Of a stretch of DNA of 25,708 nt, positions 1 to 8,452 are shown one piece after another (position 1 is the first letter of the stretch; each line of letters starts with the position of its first letter). The position numbers were made by a program, and so were the translations under genes. The notes beneath the pieces were generated by a model. The model did no database searches, had not been told where the DNA came from, and worked only from the letters and a program-made list of their open reading frames with translations. The stretch is taken from IMG/VR virus record IMGVR_UViG_3300005404_000028, positions 1-25,708 of that record. One strand, written 5' to 3'. Source of the stretch: a virus. Taxonomy: Duplodnaviria > Caudoviricetes.

Positions 1-3000
1 AAAACCTTGATCTATAAATGATACTTCAGATCCACTTGCACTTGTTCCACTAACAGTTCTAACAGAAGCACTTGCACGAGTTCCTTTGCCTGGAGTAATA
101 ACATTAAATCTAGGAGAGAACGAACTAAATTGATGATTTTGTGTAGCCCAAACATCATCTCCACCAACACCTTTAGTGCTAGTAAAACTCATTTGTGCTT
201 TACCACTTACTCTTTGATTTGTATGATCAATTGCACTTCTATCAACTTCTAAGTAGTAACTATCAATACCACCACTATTTCTCACATCAGCATTTATAGT
301 TGAAATATCATGAGTTGTATTAATTCCAACTAAAGGTATTCCATTTGCCTCATATGTTTGTATGTCACTTCCAACTACATGTAATGCTGCAGAGGTTCCC
401 AATTTACCTCTAGCATCTAGAGTTAATTGACCAGTACCAACTACATAAGAAACAACTTCTTCACCTATCAACGCTTCGCCTCTATCAGTTGTAATACCAG
501 CGAATGTTGCAAATGGTGTAGTATTTCCAACAGATACTGTGCTTCCACCAACAGATAATTCTGAAGTAGTTTGAACAAGCGTTGTATCGGGTTCTACACC
601 TTTAATAGTAACAAAGTTATTAGATCCGTGATGTGCATGATTGTATTGAACAACTTCAAATATATTTCCAGTATTCAATACGCCATTAACAGTAGAATCT
701 GAAGCAACTTTAGCACTACTTGTTGCTAAAGTTCTAGTATCATTTTCAGCACCATAATGAATTAATGGATCATTATTTGTAAATGTTTCACCTTGAACAT
801 CAGTTAGATATAGAGTATCTAATGTTGATGAGATTGAATCTACTGAAACTTTATATGCTGAACCAGCAGTTACATCAGTATCATCATTATCAATAGTTAA
901 TATTTCACCAGCAACATATCCAGATCCTGCAGTTAAATTATCCAACTTATGAACAACTCCACCTACACCAACTAGAACATCTGCTGTTGATCCAGTTCCA
1001 CTTCCAGTCAATGATTTTAATGTAACTCCTGTTTGTTTCCAGTAAGATCCACTAGCACTTAATGAAGTGAAACTATATCCTATTCCAGCAGAAACTGTAG
1101 TTATACCACTTTCAACGTTTGATATAGCAGATCCTTGTGCTTCCACTATACCAGTAATACTTGAATGTTCAGCATCACCAACAGCACCAGTACTCATCTT
1201 TCTTCCTGGAGGTGCCTCAGATGCAGCTAAACTATTTACGGGTACTTTAAGTTTTCTAGGTAAAGATCTAATTGGGTTTTCTGGTAGTGGTGCTGTATTA
1301 AGATTACCAGCTTCTATAGGTGTGTTATAGAATGTTGCCGTTCCAGATGGTACAAATGATGCTTTACGTAATTTGAATGTTAAATCTTGATATTGGCTAG
1401 CAGTCCAAATAGTTCCGTTTTGGGATTTAAATAAACTTCCACCGATATATTGCTTAGTAACAACAACATTTTGTACATCAGGTAAATTACCTGTAGCAAC
1501 TGTCTTTTGCCCCATTGTTGCTACCCACATCTCATATAAATCAGATCCAGGTGATAAGAATACTATTGCATATTCTCTTCTTGGTTCTAAGTAAACTGGA
1601 GATGGGAATTTAATTGTAGTTGCAACTGAAGCATCTGTAGATGTTATAATATCATTAGGATTTAATGCAATTTGTGCATAATCCTGAACTAAGAAACTTG
1701 TTGGTGTTCCCAATTCAACTTCCCTAAGTTCTACAAATACCTTAGCATTTGGATCTTTACTTGCAAAGTAAACATCAAATGAAGTTAGGAATGCACCAGT
1801 TTCATCTGTTGTAAATGTTTGTGCTAATGGATCCCTATAAGGTGCCCTTATAAATTGTGTATCAGAAGATGAATCTACATTAACTGTAGTTGTTATTTCA
1901 TTAGGTTTCTGTGCTGGTGGGGGTGGGTTCCTAACACCAACAGTATTTGATACCTGAGTTAAAATAGTTCCTGTTGCACTATAAACACCGCTTGCATCTG
2001 ATGCTAAAGCAGTACTTCCTGGTAATGGAATAGTACCAGGAGTTGCAGCAGTAACTCTAAATGTCTTTGTACCTGTTCTGAATAATGTTGGAATAACTCC
2101 ATTACTTGTATCATTTGCATCTCTAAAGAAGAATGCACCTAAAAGATCTCCCCAATTATCAGAAATAAGATCTACACTATCTACTGTTGCTACTGCACCA
2201 CTGGTTTCACCAACTAATTGTGCTCCAACAACAACATAACCATAATAAGATTCTTCATTTGCTAATGCATCAACATCACAATTAAACAATTTTGATGTTG
2301 CAGAATATAATGATGATGGTGCTGGTCTTGTTCTATCAAAAGGATCTACTGAATATTTTTCAACAGTAGTACTTGGAGATCCTAACCCATTTGGAACTGC
2401 AATAACATTATCATCACCATACTTATGATCAGGTGCTTTAGATTTAACATAACCTATCTCTTGACCATTTAATTGAATACTAACATTTTCATATAAATTA
2501 AATGTTCCAGAAGACATTGTAATTTCCATCAATTTAGGGAATAAATCTGGAATACCACTATCAAGATAATGATAATGCTTTGTAAATGGTTTTAATCCAT
2601 TAGCGGCAAATGCAACGTTTCTAGAACGCATCCAAGGATCAGTTGCACCAGATATCTTAATACTTTCAACGTAATCAAATTCTCTAAGAGCATCAATAGT
2701 ATTAGTAAAACTAGTTTCAACTACTTGAGTTGAAGTTGTAGTCGTATTTGTTGTAATAAGACGGTGATGACCATCAAAATCGTGTTGATCTGCTTCAACT
2801 ACATCAACATCTACATCAACATCAGTTACTGAAGTTGTATTATCAGAAACTATATTTACTTGCTCTGCCCAAGTAGCACCTGTAGATTCTGTTCTGTAAT
2901 TATCAACATAAATTGTTCTAGTCCAGTTATCTGATGGTGGATCTAAAATTACACCACCAACAAATACAATTACATTGAAAGGATTAATATTTTCAACTTG

Positions 3001-6000
3001 AGTTGCTTGTGGTTGGTTAATCCAATCAATTTCAGTATAATCTAAAGTAATTAAATCACCAGTTTTCTTAGTATTAGAATCTAATAAATTAAGATTACTA
3101 GAAGTATCTACTGAATTTACATCAATTGAAGGATCAAATGCAGTCTCTGCTCTCATTGACCAGAAATCTGTAGCACTAACCAATTCTTTATTAACTATAT
3201 CAACATCACATCTAGATCCAGTTTCAGAATTAAAGTTGATAAAGTCTCTATTCTTAAAGTTATTAACAACAAAACCACTCTTAAATCTATCTAAACCATC
3301 TGCATCTTTTATTTGTAAAGACTTAGTATCTAATTCAAGAGCACTAAGAGAAGTCATAACTTCTAAATTATCAATTCTCCTCTCAAGACTTGCAATATCT
3401 CTCATTGTAAATCTTCTATTATCATACATTTTAATAGAAGGTCCTTTTATGGGATCATAAAGATATGGTGGTAAAGTGATCTGAGCAATTTCCATAGAAT
3501 CACCAACCTCTGTTGGTGGTGCTGGTAAATCTGCAGAAACACCTTTAATGAGTTTGACCTGTTCAGATTTGTTAATTACTAACTTATCAATTCTAGGTAA
3601 GTAGTAACTATAACCAAGAATAGAACTTTCATTTGGAGCAACAACATACTTAGTAGTTGATTCAAAAGTTCTACTATCAAATGCAAATGGTGATGCAGTT
3701 GCAGATTCGGCATCAAATGGATTTACTCTTGGTCTAAAGTCAAGAATATCTGTTCCTCTATTTCTACCAACTGCTGGAATATCTGTAGAATACCTTTCTT
3801 TTGTATAAGAATTTGAAGTATATAAATCTCCATTTTCAGTACTAGAAGCTTTATAATAATCAAATACTAACAATAATCTCTTAGAAGGTACAGTAGTATT
3901 CTTTCTTCTTACAATTCTTGAATAATCTGAGAATTGTCTTCTATGACCCTTATCTAGAGTATAATTTTTAGTTCTATTTGTATAATTTCCAGAAGTTATC
4001 TTTTGTATGGTCGCCTCTATATTGGATTCATCAAATGTAACTGTTTCTCCTTGATTGAAATTATTGGCATTAAGATATACAAATCCAATTTCAGTTGAGG
4101 TTCTAGAAACAACTTGAGCGATTGCTCTGCTTGCCTTTCCAATGATTTTTTCACCTATAACTGCATTTGTATCTAATGCAAGTCCAGAAACAAAAGTTAA
4201 TTTATCTAATGTAGCATCACTTGAATCCTTTGATTCATATACTGCCAATATATTAACAGCATCTGGTACATTTAAAGAAATTTCTTCATCTTCAACTCTT
4301 ATACCATAAACATCACTAGGACTTAAATTGGTTGATAATGTTGATACACCTGCAGTTCTCGTTACTTGTACTTGTGAACTTCTTACAAAATCTTTAGACT
4401 TACTAGTAAGTCCAATCTTTTTCATTGTAACATTAACAGTACAATTGTTATTCTGTGATAATCCACTAAACTGTACATCATTACCATTATTAGTAATAGT
4501 AACTTGATCTCCTGTTAAAGGTTCTGTTGTACCATCTGCGTATGCAATAGAATACTTTTCAGCATCAAATGGTTCAAAGAATGCACTAGCAATTCCAGAA
4601 GAAACATCTAAACCATCTTGAGATGTTATATTTAATGTTTTACCTGAAACTGATTTACCTGTAATTTGGCGACTTATTACTAAATTAGAATCTGAAAGAT
4701 CTACAGAAGAAATATTTTTCTTGGGTAATCTACTATAAAGACTTGCACCAGATAGATTAGTAATCTTTGGTGATTTAATTCTAAAAGTTGAATTTGTAGA
4801 TATACCTGCTGCTAATATACCACCATTATTCACACCTGTGATGCTTTGACCTACCGCAACTAAAGTTAATGTTTCACCATCTGATGAAATATTACTTACA
4901 CGATTAAATACTGGATCTGCAAATGTTCCGTGATTATATGAAATTATTGCATCAGTTTTTATACCAACCACTCCAGCAAATCTTCTTCCAGGTGCTGAAG
5001 CAGTATTACTTCCTGCTCCACCCAATACTGAAAGATTATCTGTTAATGAAAAATTAGGCAATACTCGGTCATAAAGAACAGAATCTGCACTAAAAGGTGA
5101 TACTAAACCATTACCAGAAGCTTGGAATACTGATTTAATATCTTCAGTCGTATAACTATTAATTTTTATAATTGATGATGAAGTAGCATTTCCTGATGTA
5201 TCAGTAGTTCTTTCATTAAATATTAAAACTTCTCCAGTAACAAATGTTCCTGTAGTTTGAGATAGACTTATCTCACCAGTATTTGGAGTGTCTGCAATAT
5301 ATCCAATAGCACCACTAGTTAATCCTCTAACTTTAGTGCCGTTTGAACCACCTCCTATTCCTGCACCATTTGAAATAGTTAAAGTTGTATATGTTTGAAT
5401 ATCCCAAAGATGTAAATCAAATTCAGTAGATCCACCCGTATAAGGTGCGTCAGAAACACTGAATGAATATACACGAGCATCACCAATCTTTATACCATTA
5501 GATGCATTACTTATCTTTCTCTGGTTATATAACCCAATAGTATTGGCAGTACTACCCCCAATATTAATCCAAGGAGTTCCAGCAACATTATTAACTTTCA
5601 GCAAACTACCCATTTTAAATGGAATAGATGATTTTTTAATTGTTTTTACATCTCTTGGTTTCTCTACATCTAAAACTGTTGTTCCTGGTAAAGAAACATC
5701 AAATCCTCTAACATATGCCTTTCCTGGAGAAAGTTTAACACACAGTAAATCTTCTGCGGGTGTATTACCTTCATCAGTTTTTTGTGCTTCTGTATATAAT
5801 CCATTAGAACCTATCTCATCGTTCAATGAATTTTGCACCTCTACCTTAAATGGGTTTACAGAATAGTTTCCAGATTCATCAAATGTTCTTTTTGCAAAAT
5901 ATTTTTTAATTTCAGAATATACTGAGGTATCCTGAATTTTCTTAATCTGTCCGTCTTTAACTCTTAATAATTCAACAAAATTAGTATCTTCAAAATCATT

Positions 6001-6807
6001 TAATGACTTCTTAGTTAATTTAACACTGATTTTAAATCTATCAGCACCTGGTGCAGCATAGTTTGTGAATCCCTTTGCGTTATCAAATAGACTAGGATCG
6101 TCATTGGCATTAATAATCTGCTCTAATACCTCAAATCCAACCCTATATGAAGGATCATTTCTATATGGTTCTAAGACTAACGTTGATTTAGATACATTTA
6201 CAAAAGTACCTCTAATAAAATATATTCCATTGTCAACATTAAATGAAGATCCAGTATGAGATGCATTTTCTGGTTCTAATGTTAAAACAGTTTCACCTGC
6301 CAATAAAGTTGTATTTCCATAAGTAACATTCTCTTCTAGAACTAATATTTCACCATTTGGAAATAGTTCACTTGTACTATTACTTCCAGATTCAACATAT
6401 TTAACAAATATTGTAGTTGAATCAACTCCTTCAGTTGGAGGTATAATATAATTTTTAATAGTTGCAACTATTTGAGAATTTTGACCTCTAACTCTTGTAC
6501 CTTTACCATCATTATTAGCAACAATAGCATCCAAATATATTGAAACATCAATTCCTAAATGCTCTGGATTAATTTTTGAAGAAAAATAGGTTGAATCATA
6601 CTCAATATTACCAGGAATCACCATTGATCCCTCTTTAAACATATGAGAACCGAAAGATTCTACCTGATTCTGAAGTATTGATTGTAGACCTGATAATTCT
6701 CTTGCTTGAACTGGATATCCAGGTTTAAACAATACTTTATAAAAATTATCTGCCTTATCAAAATCATCATAATAAGGACTTATATTTAAGTTAGTCTTTT
6801 GTGGCAT
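1..6807 (-). CDS. vrlC: VrlC-like / DUF4815-domain large virion structural protein (3' end truncated by window edge)
   Basis: Absent from the ORF track because no stop lies in the window. ATG at 6807, 6 nt after the gp8 stop. Manual translation starts MPQKTNLNISPYYDDFDKADNFYKVLFKPGYPVQARELSGLQSILQNQ and later contains NYAAPGADRFKI, AKRTFDESGNY, RFKSGFVVNNF, DPLAQTF (1813-1833) and GSLFKSQNGTIWT, motifs I recognise from this family. The frame at positions 1-60 (SGTSASGSEVSFIDQGF) matches the start frame, giving 2269 codons. Confidence 0.88.
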   Translation of the reverse strand, partial: MPQKTNLNISPYYDDFDKADNFYKVLFKPGYPVQARELSGLQSILQNQVESFGSHMFKEGSMVIPGNIEYDSTYFSSKINPEHLGIDVSIYLDAIVANNDGKGTRVRGQNSQIVATIKNYIIPPTEGVDSTTIFVKYVESGSNSTSELFPNGEILVLEENVTYGNTTLLAGETVLTLEPENASHTGSSFNVDNGIYFIRGTFVNVSKSTLVLEPYRNDPSYRVGFEVLEQIINANDDPSLFDNAKGFTNYAAPGADRFKISVKLTKKSLNDFEDTNFVELLRVKDGQIKKIQDTSVYSEIKKYFAKRTFDESGNYSVNPFKVEVQNSLNDEIGSNGLYTEAQKTDEGNTPAEDLLCVKLSPGKAYVRGFDVSLPGTTVLDVEKPRDVKTIKKSSIPFKMGSLLKVNNVAGTPWINIGGSTANTIGLYNQRKISNASNGIKIGDARVYSFSVSDAPYTGGSTEFDLHLWDIQTYTTLTISNGAGIGGGSNGTKVRGLTSGAIGYIADTPNTGEISLSQTTGTFVTGEVLIFNERTTDTSGNATSSSIIKINSYTTEDIKSVFQASGNGLVSPFSADSVLYDRVLPNFSLTDNLSVLGGAGSNTASAPGRRFAGVVGIKTDAIISYNHGTFADPVFNRVSNISSDGETLTLVAVGQSITGVNNGGILAAGISTNSTFRIKSPKITNLSGASLYSRLPKKNISSVDLSDSNLVISRQITGKSVSGKTLNITSQDGLDVSSGIASAFFEPFDAEKYSIAYADGTTEPLTGDQVTITNNGNDVQFSGLSQNNNCTVNVTMKKIGLTSKSKDFVRSSQVQVTRTAGVSTLSTNLSPSDVYGIRVEDEEISLNVPDAVNILAVYESKDSSDATLDKLTFVSGLALDTNAVIGEKIIGKASRAIAQVVSRTSTEIGFVYLNANNFNQGETVTFDESNIEATIQKITSGNYTNRTKNYTLDKGHRRQFSDYSRIVRRKNTTVPSKRLLLVFDYYKASSTENGDLYTSNSYTKERYSTDIPAVGRNRGTDILDFRPRVNPFDAESATASPFAFDSRTFESTTKYVVAPNESSILGYSYYLPRIDKLVINKSEQVKLIKGVSADLPAPPTEVGDSMEIAQITLPPYLYDPIKGPSIKMYDNRRFTMRDIASLERRIDNLEVMTSLSALELDTKSLQIKDADGLDRFKSGFVVNNFKNRDFINFNSETGSRCDVDIVNKELVSATDFWSMRAETAFDPSIDVNSVDTSSNLNLLDSNTKKTGDLITLDYTEIDWINQPQATQVENINPFNVIVFVGGVILDPPSDNWTRTIYVDNYRTESTGATWAEQVNIVSDNTTSVTDVDVDVDVVEADQHDFDGHHRLITTNTTTTSTQVVETSFTNTIDALREFDYVESIKISGATDPWMRSRNVAFAANGLKPFTKHYHYLDSGIPDLFPKLMEITMSSGTFNLYENVSIQLNGQEIGYVKSKAPDHKYGDDNVIAVPNGLGSPSTTVEKYSVDPFDRTRPAPSSLYSATSKLFNCDVDALANEESYYGYVVVGAQLVGETSGAVATVDSVDLISDNWGDLLGAFFFRDANDTSNGVIPTLFRTGTKTFRVTAATPGTIPLPGSTALASDASGVYSATGTILTQVSNTVGVRNPPPPAQKPNEITTTVNVDSSSDTQFIRAPYRDPLAQTFTTDETGAFLTSFDVYFASKDPNAKVFVELREVELGTPTSFLVQDYAQIALNPNDIITSTDASVATTIKFPSPVYLEPRREYAIVFLSPGSDLYEMWVATMGQKTVATGNLPDVQNVVVTKQYIGGSLFKSQNGTIWTASQYQDLTFKLRKASFVPSGTATFYNTPIEAGNLNTAPLPENPIRSLPRKLKVPVNSLAASEAPPGRKMSTGAVGDAEHSSITGIVEAQGSAISNVESGITTVSAGIGYSFTSLSASGSYWKQTGVTLKSLTGSGTGSTADVLVGVGGVVHKLDNLTAGSGYVAGEILTIDNDDTDVTAGSAYKVSVDSISSTLDTLYLTDVQGETFTNNDPLIHYGAENDTRTLATSSAKVASDSTVNGVLNTGNIFEVVQYNHAHHGSNNFVTIKGVEPDTTLVQTTSELSVGGSTVSVGNTTPFATFAGITTDRGEALIGEEVVSYVVGTGQLTLDARGKLGTSAALHVVGSDIQTYEANGIPLVGINTTHDISTINADVRNSGGIDSYYLEVDRSAIDHTNQRVSGKAQMSFTSTKGVGGDDVWATQNHQFSSFSPRFNVITPGKGTRASASVRTVSGTSASGSEVSFIDQGF

Positions 6808-6813
6808 TTTTCT

Positions 6814-8406
6814 TTAGAATTCCAGGATGATTTTAATGTCTTCTTTTTGTCTCTCGTTCCGAGCAATCAAAGGTCTATTGTCTAGATAAACAATTTCCCC
6901 TGATCCTTTATTTATCTCAGAATTGGATAGCCCTGCTGAGAAGGAAACTCCTAAGTTAATTAACTTAGTTCCAGTTGGATTTGTACTTATTCCAGTAAAA
7001 GTTTCATTAACTGTTCCTGTAAAAGCACCACCTTCAATTTCGTTAACAGAAGAACCAGATTCAAAATGATATATCTGACCTTGAGTTGATATACCAGCAT
7101 AATCAGTTTGATCTCTTGTTGTAGTATAATTTAATGACCTATCCCTAAAATACTTTAACACTTGAGTATCTTTATCATAAGAAGCAACATACCCTGTTGC
7201 TATTTTTCCAATATTTGGTGAAATAGTCAATGTTTGTGAAATTTTTTCACCAACTACAGGTGTACCATTTACAGTAGAGAATAAAAACGCTCTTAATGAA
7301 GAATAACTATTATCAGTATAAGTAACAGATGTTCCAACTTTAGTAGGATTTTTTACAATACCTACTTGAGAGAATTTAGTATCTGTTGGGAAATCTTTTG
7401 TAGAATCATCAAACCTTGCATAAATTAAAACTTTATCAGTTCCTAATTCTGTATAAAGATCATATCCATGTCCAAGTGATGGTGGAATTATAGGTATAAG
7501 TTTTGCTCTATCAGTTGAAGCAACATTACTACTTAATGTCCCTAAATCAACAAGAGCATATGAATACCCTTTACCACCAGAACTCACAGTAACATTAGTA
7601 ATTACACTATTAACTACATCAATTCTAGCCTTTCCACCAGTACCGTCACCTATAATTGGAACTTCTTGCCCCAGTCCATCAGAATACCCTTTACCTGCCT
7701 TCTCAATATAAACTTGCTTAATTTGATTTTCATTTACAGAAGAATCTCCATTTTCTCTAACAGATCTAATTTGAGAATCTGTACTTGTTGCCCAATTATT
7801 GGGAACTGTTATATATTCAGTCGAATCAAATTTTATAATATCAGTAGGAGATACTGTAAACAAATACTTCCAGATATAACCATCACCGCTAGTACCAGCT
7901 CTAGAGGGTTCTAAATCAGTAAATGATGGTTCATCCTGTGAAGGATTACCTTTAGCTGTTGATGCATCACTAGCACCATATCCACCATTGCTAATGCAAA
8001 TATAAACTTTAAATTCTGAAGTAATTACATAATAATTAGCACTATACAATCTAGTAGATTGTGTTATTGGACTTTTATTAGTAATAGAATAATCATCTCT
8101 ATAGATTTCATATCTATTTCCTGCAGTCCATTCTACTTTTCTAATAACTCTTCTAATATTTGCTGAACCTATCTTTTTACCAAACATCATAGTGTCACCA
8201 ACATGTGACATATATGAATAATTATCTTCTGGATCAGGTGTGTTAGCAGTCCAATTTGCCGATCTACCATATCCAACAAGACCAGTAGTTCCTGCAGGGT
8301 TTGGTAAACCAATAAATGCATAATATGAATTGTTATCAGATTCAACTGACTCTACAAAATTACTTGCATTCAGGATTCTAAATTGATCAGTAACAATTGC
8401 GGACAT
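6814..8406 (-). CDS. gp8: Baseplate wedge subunit, T4 gp8-like (cyanophage type, 530 aa)
   Basis: N-terminal MSAIVTDQFRILNASNFV, W(TAG)NRYEIYRDDYS, YYVITSEFKVYICISN, DGYIWKYLFT and C-terminal SGEIVYLDNRPLIARNERQKEDIKIILEF; lies directly after the gp7-like gene. Confidence 0.9.
   Translation of the reverse strand: MSAIVTDQFRILNASNFVESVESDNNSYYAFIGLPNPAGTTGLVGYGRSANWTANTPDPEDNYSYMSHVGDTMMFGKKIGSANIRRVIRKVEWTAGNRYEIYRDDYSITNKSPITQSTRLYSANYYVITSEFKVYICISNGGYGASDASTAKGNPSQDEPSFTDLEPSRAGTSGDGYIWKYLFTVSPTDIIKFDSTEYITVPNNWATSTDSQIRSVRENGDSSVNENQIKQVYIEKAGKGYSDGLGQEVPIIGDGTGGKARIDVVNSVITNVTVSSGGKGYSYALVDLGTLSSNVASTDRAKLIPIIPPSLGHGYDLYTELGTDKVLIYARFDDSTKDFPTDTKFSQVGIVKNPTKVGTSVTYTDNSYSSLRAFLFSTVNGTPVVGEKISQTLTISPNIGKIATGYVASYDKDTQVLKYFRDRSLNYTTTRDQTDYAGISTQGQIYHFESGSSVNEIEGGAFTGTVNETFTGISTNPTGTKLINLGVSFSAGLSNSEINKGSGEIVYLDNRPLIARNERQKEDIKIILEF
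6909..6915 (-). promoter_or_regulatory. Putative T4-type late promoter (ATAAATA) embedded in the gp8 3' end, upstream of the vrlC-like gene
   Basis: + strand tatttat = ATAAATA on the minus strand, within codons E-I-N-K, about 100 nt upstream of the ATG at 6807. Confidence 0.45.
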
Positions 8407-8427
8407 TGTAATTTAACTTTTTTTCTC

Positions 8428-8435
8428 TATTTATA
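8428..8435 (-). promoter_or_regulatory. T4-type late promoter TATAAATA (gp55 sigma) upstream of gp8
   Basis: Perfect consensus (+ strand tatttata) in the 46-nt gp7-gp8 intergenic gap, 21 nt before the ATG. Confidence 0.85.
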
Positions 8436-8452
8436 GTGGTTTTATTTGGTTT

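Noticed and set aside
8436-8452. Terminator between gp7 and gp8
   Set aside because: The sequence is a short direct repeat (AAAACCA twice on the minus strand) with no GC-rich hairpin.
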